A stretch of DNA of 64,000 nucleotides from an uncultured Lactobacillales bacterium (GTDB taxonomy: Bacteria > Pseudomonadota > Alphaproteobacteria > CAYJES01). Position 1 is the first letter of the stretch. The number at the start of each line of letters is the position of its first letter. Shown here piece by piece: positions 27,535-37,152 of the stretch. The notes beneath the pieces were generated by a model, which was given only the letters and a program-made list of their open reading frames with translations, made no database searches and was not told the origin of the DNA. The stretch covers positions 17,872 to 81,871 of the forward strand of contig CAYJES010000003.1 of the NCBI GenBank assembly GCA_964369365.1, in the 5' to 3' direction. Made by a program: the position numbers and the translations under genes.

Positions 27535-30029
27535 TAATCTTCCTTAATTTCCAATTTAGCTGCTGTTTCTTCGATTTCAAAACATTCAATAGTATCGCCT
27601 AGTTTGATATCATCATATTTATCAAAGCTGATACCACATTCCATGCCTTCGCGAGCTTCTTTCACATCATCTTTAACACGTTTTAATTGTGAAATGTCGC
27701 CTTCATAAATAACAGTATTATCACGTAAAATTCTTGCCTTAGCGTTACGTTTAATATTGCCTTCTGTTATCATACAACCAGCAACCTTGCCAACTTTTGT
27801 AATATTGAATACTTGACGAACATTTGCATAACCAAGAATTTTTTCTTTTAATATTGGTTTTAACATACCTTCTAGAATGTTTTTCATTTCATCTGCAACA
27901 TCATAAATAATTGAATAATATCTTACATCAATACCATCATGTTTTGCCATATCCCTTGCTTGAGAATTTGCACGAACGTTAAATCCGATTACAATTGCTT
28001 TTGATGCATTTGCAAGAGTTATATCAGATTCATTGATTCCACCGACACCAGCATAAACAACTTTGATTTTTGCTTGGTCTGATTTGATTTTTGATAGAGT
28101 GCCAACCAATGCTTCTGCAGAACCTTGTACGTCTGCTTTTATGATAACTGGAAGCTCTTTGATTTCTCCTGCTTGGATTTTATCAAACATTTGTTCAGTT
28201 AATGATTTAGCACTGATTACTTGTTTACTTTCTCTTTCTTTGCGATAGCGATAATTTGAAATGTCACGAGCTTTATTTTCTGATTCAACTACCATAAATA
28301 CATCACCTGCATTAGGAGTGTTTTCAAAACCAAGAACCTCTATTGGCTGTGATGGAGTTGCCATTTCAACACGTTTTCCATGTTCATCAACCAACGCCCT
28401 AACTTTACCCCATTCTTTACCACAGATAAACGAATCACCAACTTTTAAAGTACCTTTTTGAACCAAGATAGTTGCAACAGGTCCTCTACCTTTTTCCATT
28501 TTACTTTCAATTGCGACACCTTCTGCTGGGCGATTTGGGTTTGCTTTTAAATCTAAAATTTCAGCTTGCAACAATACACTTTCAATAAGCTTTTCTAAAT
28601 TCATACGTTTTTTTGCAGATACTTCTACTGTTAATACATCGCCGCCAAGTTCTTCTGGAACAACGCTGTAATTCAATAATTCATGACGTACTTGCATTGG
28701 ATTTGCGCCAACAACGTCTATTTTATTAATTGCAACAACCATAGGAACATTTGCGTCTCTTGCATGGGAAATCGCTTCAATTGTCTGAGGTTTAACCCCA
28801 TCATTAGCAGCCACCACCAAAATTACAACGTCAGTTATTTGAGCACCCCTTGCGCGCATAGACGTGAACGCCGCGTGGCCAGGAGTATCAATGAATGTTA
28901 CTTTTTGACCTTCTGGCATTTTAATTTGGTATGCACCGATATGTTGAGTGATACCACCTGCTTCTTTATCAACTACATTTGTTTGTCTAAATGCGTCAAG
29001 CAATGATGTTTTACCGTGATCTACGTGCCCCATAACCGTAACAACAGGCGGCCTAGGCAACATGTTTTCAACAGAATCTTCGATACTTGCAATTGCCAAA
29101 TCTTCAATATCCGAATCGGAAACACGTTTGTATTTATGACCTAGCTCTTCTACTAATAACTGAGCAGTATCAGCATCAATAGTTTGAGTAATAGTAGCCA
29201 TAACCCCTAAGTTCATCAGAGATTTAATCAAAACAGCAGCGCGTTCCGCCATACGATTTGAAAGTTCTTGTACTGTTATTGTGTCTGGGATGATAACTTC
29301 TCTTACCACTTTTTCAACATTTTTAGATGCTTCTATTGATTTCAGACGTTCTTTTTCCCTTGCTCTTTTTATTGATGCAAGGCTTCTGCCTCTGATTGTA
29401 CGACCTTCATCATCCTCGTCATTTAAAGCAGCATGTACATTTATTTTACCACCTCTACGTCGTTCTTCACCTGGAACGCGACGTTTCGCATAACGATTTA
29501 CTTCTATCTTGCCTTCTTTGAAACGATTTCTTAATGACTCTGAAGTTTCTTCTTCTGTATCATTTGAAAATTCTTTTGCTTTTTTGAAAGATGCTTTATC
29601 TTGTTTTTCTTCATCAGTTACTGTCGATTGATCTGGATCAGCAATTTTTTCTTCAGCTTTTTTAAGGGCTTCTTCTTTTGCTTTTTCTGCATCAATTTTT
29701 GCCTGTTCAGCAGCCTTTATCGCATCTTCTTCTTCCTGACGTTTTCTTTCTTCTTCCATACGAATACGGTTTTCTTCATCAACTTTTTTAGCTTCTTGCA
29801 ACACTTTTAATTTTTGTGCTTGTTCGCTGTCTAATTCGACTTCTTTTTCGGTTGCCTGTTTACTATCCAAATTGAAAACACGTTTTTTTCTGATTTCAAC
29901 CGTTACTGTTTTGCCACGAGCAGACCCAACCCCAAGACGAGATTTCCCCCCATCAAGCGGCTTTTTCAACTCTAATGTTCCTTTTGATAAACTTAGAGGT
30001 GCTTTTTCTTTTTCATTTTCATCTGCCAT
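27534..30029 (-). CDS. infB: translation initiation factor IF-2
   Basis: Lys/Glu-rich N-terminus; GTPase G-domain (GHVDHGKTSLLD, DTPGH, NKID); 831 aa. Confidence 0.95.
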   Translation of the reverse strand: MADENEKEKAPLSLSKGTLELKKPLDGGKSRLGVGSARGKTVTVEIRKKRVFNLDSKQATEKEVELDSEQAQKLKVLQEAKKVDEENRIRMEEERKRQEEEDAIKAAEQAKIDAEKAKEEALKKAEEKIADPDQSTVTDEEKQDKASFKKAKEFSNDTEEETSESLRNRFKEGKIEVNRYAKRRVPGEERRRGGKINVHAALNDEDDEGRTIRGRSLASIKRAREKERLKSIEASKNVEKVVREVIIPDTITVQELSNRMAERAAVLIKSLMNLGVMATITQTIDADTAQLLVEELGHKYKRVSDSDIEDLAIASIEDSVENMLPRPPVVTVMGHVDHGKTSLLDAFRQTNVVDKEAGGITQHIGAYQIKMPEGQKVTFIDTPGHAAFTSMRARGAQITDVVILVVAANDGVKPQTIEAISHARDANVPMVVAINKIDVVGANPMQVRHELLNYSVVPEELGGDVLTVEVSAKKRMNLEKLIESVLLQAEILDLKANPNRPAEGVAIESKMEKGRGPVATILVQKGTLKVGDSFICGKEWGKVRALVDEHGKRVEMATPSQPIEVLGFENTPNAGDVFMVVESENKARDISNYRYRKERESKQVISAKSLTEQMFDKIQAGEIKELPVIIKADVQGSAEALVGTLSKIKSDQAKIKVVYAGVGGINESDITLANASKAIVIGFNVRANSQARDMAKHDGIDVRYYSIIYDVADEMKNILEGMLKPILKEKILGYANVRQVFNITKVGKVAGCMITEGNIKRNAKARILRDNTVIYEGDISQLKRVKDDVKEAREGMECGISFDKYDDIKLGDTIECFEIEETAAKLEIKED

Positions 30030-30053
30030 TTTTCGTTTCCTTATCTTTTTACT

Positions 30054-30671
30054 CTAATCGCTATTCAATTCGTTATAAATTTTTGATTGTCTTATAAAAT
30101 TATCAGTTATTTTTCCTGATTTCATCCCAATAAAACCTATTTTATCGTTGGGAAATATTAATGATAAATCATCCATCAAAAAACAATCTATTATTGATAT
30201 ATTTTTTTTAATGTGAGATTGTACCTTGTTTTTCGAATTTTGTGAACTATCTTTTGTCATCAAAATCGCAAAAATTTCACCTCTGTCAAGGTGTGAAGAT
30301 ATTCTTTCTTGACCAAAATACAATAATCCTGCTTTATTAGCTATACTCAAAAGCCCTAAAAGATGCTGTTTTAATTGATTAGCTATTGCTTGCGTTGATA
30401 TCGTACGAGACGCAATATTTTTATCTTTTAGCCTGAATCCATTATTTGAAATAGCTTTTTCTAGCACCGCTTTATTTGCTTTTACCCACATTCCTTTTCC
30501 AGGAAGCTTGCCGTTTACATCAAAAACAACTTCCCCATCAGGAGACAACACAAAACGCAACAAGTCACATTTAGGCAATACCTCTTTTGTTATGAGGCAT
30601 TGCCTTTGATTCGATTTGTCGTGTTTTATTTTGTTCATATAATTATTCTTCTGTTTTTTCTTCTTCATCAA
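30054..30671 (-). CDS. ylxR: YlxR/DUF448-family RNA-binding protein with a C-terminal extension
   Basis: RQCLITKEVLPKCDLLRFV...DVNGKLPGKGMWV. Sits between nusA and infB. Confidence 0.7.
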   Translation of the reverse strand: MMKKKKQKNNYMNKIKHDKSNQRQCLITKEVLPKCDLLRFVLSPDGEVVFDVNGKLPGKGMWVKANKAVLEKAISNNGFRLKDKNIASRTISTQAIANQLKQHLLGLLSIANKAGLLYFGQERISSHLDRGEIFAILMTKDSSQNSKNKVQSHIKKNISIIDCFLMDDLSLIFPNDKIGFIGMKSGKITDNFIRQSKIYNELNSD

Positions 30672-32163
30672 ACCAAGAAGAACGAGCGTCCATAATTATT
30701 GTTGATGCTGTTTCTTCATCAAGACCTGCGCCAACGATTTCAACCATTTCGTCAGCAGCCAAATCACCGATATCATCCATTGTTTTAATTCCTGCTTCGC
30801 CTAGTTTTACTTGCATTTCAGGAGTTAAAGCTGCAATATCCATAACTTCTTTTGCCAATTTTAAGTCTTGTAATTTCGTTGCATATTCTGCATTCTTTTT
30901 ATCAAGCCATGCTGATGCACGTTTTTGAAGTTCATTTGCAACATCTGTGTCGAATCCTTCAATTGTTTCGATTTCTTCGATTGGAACTAATGCTACTTCA
31001 TCAACTGATGAGAAACCTTCGCCAACTAACAAATGTGCAATAACTTCATCAACATCCAATGCATCAATGAACAATTGTGAACGAGTTTTCATTTCACCCT
31101 GACGACGCTCTGACTCTTCGTTTTCTGTCATAATATCTATATGCCATCCACATAATTGAGACGCCAAACGTACGTTTTGACCACGACGTCCGATTGCAAG
31201 AGAAAATTGATCATCTGGAACAACTACTTCGATGCTATTTTTTTCTTCATCCAAAACCACTTTTGACACTTCAGCAGGAGCCAGCGCATTTACAACCAAT
31301 GTCGCAGGATCAGAAGACCATTGAATAATATCTACTTTTTCGCCTTGTAATTCATTGACAACCGCCTGAACACGAACACCTCTCATACCTACGCAAGCGC
31401 CAACTGGGTCAATACTTGAATCTTTTGAAGTAACCGCCATCTTAGCCCTTGATCCTGGGTCACGAGCAACAGCTTTGATTTCAATAATACCATCATAGAT
31501 TTCTGGAACTTCTTGCATAAATAATTTCGCCATAAAATTAGGGTGTGAACGAGACAAGAATAATTGTGGTCCACGATTTTCAGGACGAACATCAAATAAT
31601 AATGCTCTTATTCTTTCGTTGTTTCTAATCATCTCCCTTGGGATAAGCTCTTCTCTTCTAAGTAATGCTTCTGCTTTACCCAGCTCTATTACAATATTTC
31701 CGCCTTCACTACGCTTTACAATACCATTTACGATTTCGCCAACCCTATCTTTAAATTCCTCATATTGGTGCATTCTTTCTGCTTCACGAACCTTTTGAAC
31801 CATTACTTGTCTAGTTGTTTGAGCTGCAATACGACCAAAATCAAGTTCTGGTAACGGATCAACAATAAATTCGCCAACTGATATTTCTGGTCTTTTCTTT
31901 ACCGCATCTTTTAGCAAAATTTGTTTTGCTTCATCTTCAACATTTTCTATTACTTCCACTACTTCTACATAACGTGCAAGGTTGATAGCACCATTTCTTC
32001 TGTCAATGCTTGCTCTGATATCATATTCCATACCATATTTAATTCTTGCCGCTTTTTGTATTGATTGTTCAATTGCGAATAAAACGTCTTCTTTTGTTAT
32101 TCCTTTATCCCTTGCAACCGTATCTGCTACGTGTAAAAGTTCTGGGCGTGCAATATTTTCCAT
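30643..32163 (-). CDS. nusA: transcription termination/antitermination factor NusA
   Basis: N-terminal domain, S1 and KH domains, acidic C-terminus. Synteny rimP-nusA-infB. Confidence 0.95.
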   Translation of the reverse strand: MENIARPELLHVADTVARDKGITKEDVLFAIEQSIQKAARIKYGMEYDIRASIDRRNGAINLARYVEVVEVIENVEDEAKQILLKDAVKKRPEISVGEFIVDPLPELDFGRIAAQTTRQVMVQKVREAERMHQYEEFKDRVGEIVNGIVKRSEGGNIVIELGKAEALLRREELIPREMIRNNERIRALLFDVRPENRGPQLFLSRSHPNFMAKLFMQEVPEIYDGIIEIKAVARDPGSRAKMAVTSKDSSIDPVGACVGMRGVRVQAVVNELQGEKVDIIQWSSDPATLVVNALAPAEVSKVVLDEEKNSIEVVVPDDQFSLAIGRRGQNVRLASQLCGWHIDIMTENEESERRQGEMKTRSQLFIDALDVDEVIAHLLVGEGFSSVDEVALVPIEEIETIEGFDTDVANELQKRASAWLDKKNAEYATKLQDLKLAKEVMDIAALTPEMQVKLGEAGIKTMDDIGDLAADEMVEIVGAGLDEETASTIIMDARSSWFDEEEKTEE

Positions 32164-32177
32164 TTTATTTTTTCTCC

Positions 32178-32660
32178 TTAGCTTGTTATATTTGCTTTGA
32201 TTAATTCATCAGTTAAGATAAGTTTTGCCTTAACTATCAATTCGAAAGGTATTTCTTTTAAACCTTCTTCTGTTTCTATTGTTATTATATTTCCTTCTGT
32301 GCCTTTTATTTTTCCAGTGAAACGTTTTCTGTTTTCAACAATTTCAGATGTTTCAACTTTGGCATCGAATCCTTTAAATCTTTCATAATCATCAACCCTT
32401 ACCAATGGTCTATCAATACCCGGTGACGATACTTCTAAAGTGTATTGCGATTTTATAACGTCTTCTACATCAAAAATTGGCGATAATGCACGTGATATTT
32501 TTTCACAATCCTCTACTTGCATTCTTTCTCTATCTTTTCTTTCTGCCATAATTTGCAGGGCAGATGTTTTGCCAAGATTTAAATGAAGACGCACTAAATC
32601 ATATCCCATTTCTTCTAAAACTGGGGTTATTATTGCCTCTACATTAGTATAAATATCCAT
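32178..32660 (-). CDS. rimP: ribosome maturation factor RimP
   Basis: 160 aa; position upstream of nusA. Confidence 0.85.
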   Translation of the reverse strand: MDIYTNVEAIITPVLEEMGYDLVRLHLNLGKTSALQIMAERKDRERMQVEDCEKISRALSPIFDVEDVIKSQYTLEVSSPGIDRPLVRVDDYERFKGFDAKVETSEIVENRKRFTGKIKGTEGNIITIETEEGLKEIPFELIVKAKLILTDELIKANITS

Positions 32661-32838
32661 TAAACACTCCTTTTAGTTAATAAAAAAAGTGGCGGTAGCC
32701 TTACCGTCACTCTTAAAGAGATTCCAAATTTGATACATTTATAACCCATTATTGTAAAAGAGTCAATATATTATTATACAAGGATATTTTTTAAAATATT
32801 AATGGTAAAAAGAATATAATACATTTATAAATAAATTT

Positions 32839-34080
32839 ATGAAAAAAGAATTAGAATCACGAATAAATGCATTTAAAACTTTGTCTGCTGTATTCAAGGG
32901 ACAGAGATTAGATTTTGCAATGGACGATATGCCAATGATGGAAGAACAAGATAAAGCTTTTTCCAGAATGTTGGTCATGACAACCATAAGACGAAATGGC
33001 GAAATTAACGAAATTATTAATGCTCTTGTCAAAAATAAAATTCCTAATCCAAAGGTGGAAGTAATTTTAAAATTAGGTCTTTGTCAGTTGATGTTTTTGG
33101 AAACAGCTGAATATGCAGCGATTAACACAACTGTTGAAATGACTAAAACACTAAAATTGCCTAGGTACAGCTCTTTAGTTAATGGTGTTCTTCGTTCTTT
33201 TCAAAGAAGAAAAGAAGAAATAAAAACGAATCCAATTAACAATATTCCAAACTGGCTTAAAAAACATATTACAGAAGATTTGGGTAAGGATAAATTACAA
33301 CAGATTGCTAATAGTATTTTGACAATACCACCACTTTACCTTACGATTAAAGATAATCCTGCGATGTGGGCAAAAGAATTAGAAGGTATAACTATTTCAA
33401 ACAAAACTATAAAAATTTCTTCGCAGAAAATAAATGATTTAAAAGGGTATGATGAAGGCGAATGGTGGGTGCAAGATTATTCAGCAAGTCTTCCTGTTAC
33501 TTTATTTGGTGAGGATTTAAAAGGCAAAGAAGTTGCTGATTTTTGTTCTGCCCCTGGTGGCAAAACTGCGCAACTTGCAACGATGGGGGCTAATGTTACT
33601 GCTTTTGATATTTCGGCAAAACGAATCGAAACAATGAAAGAGAATTTTAAAAGGTTAAATATAAATCCAATGATTGTTAATGATGATGCTAGCAAATATC
33701 TTGCTAAAAACCCAAAACAATTTGATTATATTTTACTTGATGCACCTTGCTCTGCGGTTGGAACTGTGCGAAGAAATCCTGATATATTACTTAAAAATTC
33801 TTTTTCTTTACCTACTGCTGAACAAGAAAAATTGTTAAATACCGCTTTTACCAACCTTAAAAAAGGAGGAAGAATTGTTTATGCTGTTTGCTCTTTCCTA
33901 AGCAAAGAAGGCGAAAAACAAATTGATAAATTCATAAGCAAAAATAAAAATGCTAAAAAAATTCCTGTAAAATTAGATAATAAAATAACATGCAATGACA
34001 ATATGCTCATCACTCCTGATTATATGATAGAGCATGGTGGGGTTGATGGATTTTTTGCTGCTGTAATTGAAAAAATATAA
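32839..34080 (+). CDS. rsmB: 16S rRNA m5C methyltransferase RsmB/Sun
   Basis: NusB-like N-terminus; SAM-binding motif DFCSAPGGKT; catalytic DAPCSAVGTVRRNPD. Confidence 0.8.
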   Translation: MKKELESRINAFKTLSAVFKGQRLDFAMDDMPMMEEQDKAFSRMLVMTTIRRNGEINEIINALVKNKIPNPKVEVILKLGLCQLMFLETAEYAAINTTVEMTKTLKLPRYSSLVNGVLRSFQRRKEEIKTNPINNIPNWLKKHITEDLGKDKLQQIANSILTIPPLYLTIKDNPAMWAKELEGITISNKTIKISSQKINDLKGYDEGEWWVQDYSASLPVTLFGEDLKGKEVADFCSAPGGKTAQLATMGANVTAFDISAKRIETMKENFKRLNINPMIVNDDASKYLAKNPKQFDYILLDAPCSAVGTVRRNPDILLKNSFSLPTAEQEKLLNTAFTNLKKGGRIVYAVCSFLSKEGEKQIDKFISKNKNAKKIPVKLDNKITCNDNMLITPDYMIEHGGVDGFFAAVIEKI

Positions 34081-34176
34081 AAATATCTAATAAGAAATTG
34101 GTAAATATTTTTTACTATTGATTTTTCTTACTTTTGTACCTATTTTTATAATAACAAACACACAGGAGATAAAAAA

Positions 34177-34713
34177 ATGAGTAAATATACTTTTGACGGA
34201 ACAACTATTCTTTCAGTTAGAAAAGATGGAGAAGTTGTAATCGCAGGCGACGGACAGGTTACTTTTGGAAACACCGTAATGAAAAGCAATGCTAGAAAAG
34301 TCAGAAGATTAGGTGGAGGTAAAATAATTGCTGGATTTGCTGGTTCTACTGCTGATGCATTTACTTTATTCGAAAGACTTGAAGGCAAGCTTGAAAAACA
34401 TTCTGGTCAGCTATTGCGCGCCTGCGTTGAAATGGCAAAAGATTGGAGAACAGACAGATATCTAAGAAAACTTGAAGCTATGATGGCTGTTGCCGATAAA
34501 GATGTTTCCCTAATCCTATCTGGGACCGGCGATGTGTTAGAACCAGAAGAAGGTCTTATTGGTATTGGATCTGGCGGTGCTTTTGCCCTATCTGCGGCTA
34601 AGGCTCTTATAGACCAACCATTAAGCGCTGAAGAAATTGCTAAAAAATCTATGCAAGTTGCTGGCGATATCTGTATATATACTAATCACAATGTCATTAT
34701 CGAAAAATTGTAA
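34177..34713 (+). CDS. hslV: ATP-dependent protease subunit HslV
   Basis: The N-terminus ...[24 protein letters not shown]... carries the Thr nucleophile. 178 aa. Confidence 0.9.
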   Translation: MSKYTFDGTTILSVRKDGEVVIAGDGQVTFGNTVMKSNARKVRRLGGGKIIAGFAGSTADAFTLFERLEGKLEKHSGQLLRACVEMAKDWRTDRYLRKLEAMMAVADKDVSLILSGTGDVLEPEEGLIGIGSGGAFALSAAKALIDQPLSAEEIAKKSMQVAGDICIYTNHNVIIEKL

Positions 34714-34715
34714 TT

Positions 34716-35558
34716 ATGAAAATTGTTAAAGTCCAAGGAGGGCTCGGCAACCAATTATTTCAATATGCTTTTTACAAAGCTTTACAAAAGTATAATTCAA
34801 ATAAAGATATTTATCTTGATAAGAGTTTGTATGAAACAGACACTTTCCGTAAGTATGGCTTAGATCATTTTAATACACAAATAAATATAGCAACAGAAAA
34901 ACAAATAAAAAAAATTAAAAACAATAAAGGTTTTCGCATATTTTTTAGACTTTTTTATAAAAACTTTAAAACTGGCTTGTTCGGAATATATCAACCCGAA
35001 GTATTTGAAGAGAAAAGACATGTTTATTACCAAGGATATTTTCAAACAGAAAAATATTTTTCTGACATAAAAGAAGAAATTATTAAAGATTTGCAGTTAA
35101 AAAATCCTATCAACGATACAAATAAAAAAATGATTGAGTTGATGACATCTTGTAACTCTGTCTCTTTGCATATAAGACGCGGAGATTATGTTGAGCTAGA
35201 AGATATTCATGGTTTATGCAATTTAGATTATTACAATAATGCCCTTAAAATAATAAAAGAAAAGGTGAAAAATCCTAAAATTTTCGTTTTTTCTGATGAT
35301 TTAAAATGGTGCAAAGAAAATTTAAATAAAGATATACCTATGACCTTTGTTGATATTAATGATGATAGTACAAATTACCTTGATTTAAACTTAATGCGAA
35401 ATTGCAAGCATAATATTATTGCAAATTCTACTTTTTCTTGGTGGGGAGCATGGCTTAACACAAATCAAAATAAAATAGTAATTGCTCCTAAGATTTGGCA
35501 CAAAAAATACCAACATAAATTTAAGGATATTATACCAGAATCTTGGATACGCCTATAA
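34716..35558 (+). CDS. glycosyltransferase family 11 alpha-1,2-fucosyltransferase
   Basis: All three GT11 hallmark motifs are present: GGLGNQLFQYA, LHIRRGDYV and NSTFSWWGAWL. It starts 2 nt after the hslV stop. Confidence 0.8.
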   Translation: MKIVKVQGGLGNQLFQYAFYKALQKYNSNKDIYLDKSLYETDTFRKYGLDHFNTQINIATEKQIKKIKNNKGFRIFFRLFYKNFKTGLFGIYQPEVFEEKRHVYYQGYFQTEKYFSDIKEEIIKDLQLKNPINDTNKKMIELMTSCNSVSLHIRRGDYVELEDIHGLCNLDYYNNALKIIKEKVKNPKIFVFSDDLKWCKENLNKDIPMTFVDINDDSTNYLDLNLMRNCKHNIIANSTFSWWGAWLNTNQNKIVIAPKIWHKKYQHKFKDIIPESWIRL

Positions 35559-35562
35559 ATAA

Positions 35563-36357
35563 TTAAGCTGTGAATGTGAATATAGTAGCAGATCCGTTAG
35601 CCTTTGCTGCATTCGCATTTAAAATATTAGTCATACTTGCCGCGCCTGCCTCAAGAAGTGTTGCTGCTGCTTGACCTTGCATAATCAAAGAATTAGTAGT
35701 GGCGTTATCAAGTAACCCTTGAACTTCTTCTGAATATAAAGATCCTCCTGATAGGGCCTCTTCTATTGCAAGTTCTGCTTTATCTTGTTCTGATAAATTA
35801 AGAGAACTTTCCACTGTTGCAAAATCGTATTTAAACGAATCGCCCATCTGGAATTGTAAAATGTAATTAATGTCTTCTTTTGGTGGTTCTCCAGTTTCTG
35901 TCGTTACTTTTACATAATATTCGCCAGTAGCTTGAGTGTCCAAGGTTCCACGAACAAGGTGTTCAAAATTTGCATAAGCAGTTTCATTTTCTTTATCGTT
36001 AGAGGCAACAACATTCATTCTGCCTCCTTGATTTTGATAAAATTCTATCCTGAGTCCTGCACCACTAAAATATTCAACCACATCTTCAAAGTATGTTTCG
36101 CTTTCAGGATCAAGTTCCAAATCCGTTTCTGCATCGGTTTGAACAGACATACGCAAATCACCCTTTGTCTGCACAAACATTTTATACCAATCCGCTTTGT
36201 CATCATCATTAGCGCTTAGTGAAGATATCACACTTATACGGCTGTGATCTTTGCGGATATATCCCATATCCCTTGCGCTGCCCCAACTTTCGCCGTGAAC
36301 ATCTTGAGTTTGCTTTTCCATTAATTGCGGAGCGCGAATTGCACCAATTGAAGACAT
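35563..36357 (-). CDS. hypothetical acidic protein with an Ala/Thr/Asn-rich C-terminus
   Basis: 264 aa, no signal peptide, no recognisable domain. Convergent with the GT11 gene. Confidence 0.4.
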   Translation of the reverse strand: MSSIGAIRAPQLMEKQTQDVHGESWGSARDMGYIRKDHSRISVISSLSANDDDKADWYKMFVQTKGDLRMSVQTDAETDLELDPESETYFEDVVEYFSGAGLRIEFYQNQGGRMNVVASNDKENETAYANFEHLVRGTLDTQATGEYYVKVTTETGEPPKEDINYILQFQMGDSFKYDFATVESSLNLSEQDKAELAIEEALSGGSLYSEEVQGLLDNATTNSLIMQGQAAATLLEAGAASMTNILNANAAKANGSATIFTFTA

Positions 36358-36460
36358 TTTATATTCCCCTTAATTTTTCTTTTCGTAATAATTTTACCAT
36401 AATTTATTAAAAAAAGCAAATTTTGTGCCAAACCGCTGTTTTAAAGGTTTTTCTAATTTT

Positions 36461-37150
36461 CTACTCTGTCGAAGTGTCAGATGTTTCCAAGATTAATTGA
36501 TCAAGAGATTTTCTTTCTTTATCCTTATAACCTTCTGTATCATCTGTTTTTGGCTTTACTTCTGGTTCATTTAGCTTTTTAAATAAATCTTCTGATTGAG
36601 TTTTTAAGTCCGAGTCGTTTAGTTTTTCAAACAACTCATCCAGATTACTTTCTTTGTCGCTGTAACTATCAATATAATCTTCTACAACATTTTCTATTTC
36701 TGCTAGTTGAGGGCCTAAGAAAGAATGTTTTGTTTGTTCTTTTATTTCAATAGAAAAGAGCAACAATCCTATAAAATATAAAACTACACATATTAAAATA
36801 CCGCGAGCTAGTCCAAATACAGCTCCCAATGTTCTATCAAGTCCATTTAACGCGCTATCTCTTACTTTTGCAGTACTTTTATGAGTAATCAAGGTGCATA
36901 TTATTAAAACTAGCAAAGCAGAAATAATCCCCGTGGTCATATCTGCGGCCAGCTTGCTATCAAAATAGCCTTTTGTATATGGATATGCTGCTGGGATTGC
37001 ATAGATTACTGCCAATGCCGCTAATATCCATGACCCTATACCCAAAATCTCTCTTACCAATCCTCTATAAATCGCAAAAACAGTCGAAGTTATTATTACA
37101 AAAAGACCAATTCCATCAATATACGCGCTATAATCGTCAAAGTATTCCAT
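36461..37150 (-). CDS. cvpA: CvpA-family membrane protein
   Basis: N-terminal TM bundle typical of colicin V production protein (IDGIGLFVIITSTVFAIYRGLVREILGIGSW...), with an acidic C-terminal tail. Confidence 0.7.
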   Translation of the reverse strand: MEYFDDYSAYIDGIGLFVIITSTVFAIYRGLVREILGIGSWILAALAVIYAIPAAYPYTKGYFDSKLAADMTTGIISALLVLIICTLITHKSTAKVRDSALNGLDRTLGAVFGLARGILICVVLYFIGLLLFSIEIKEQTKHSFLGPQLAEIENVVEDYIDSYSDKESNLDELFEKLNDSDLKTQSEDLFKKLNEPEVKPKTDDTEGYKDKERKSLDQLILETSDTSTE

Positions 37151-37152
37151 TT

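Noticed and set aside
32680-32715. Hairpin gtggcggtagccttaccgtcac in the divergent rimP/rsmB intergenic region, considered as a tRNA fragment or terminator
   Set aside because: It is too short for a tRNA and has no T-loop or anticodon arm. No gene converges on it and there is no T-run. It is left as a possible regulatory stem only.
34716-35558. Possibility that the gene after hslV is a divergent hslU
   Set aside because: There is no AAA+ Walker A/B or HslU I-domain. Instead all three GT11 fucosyltransferase motifs are present.
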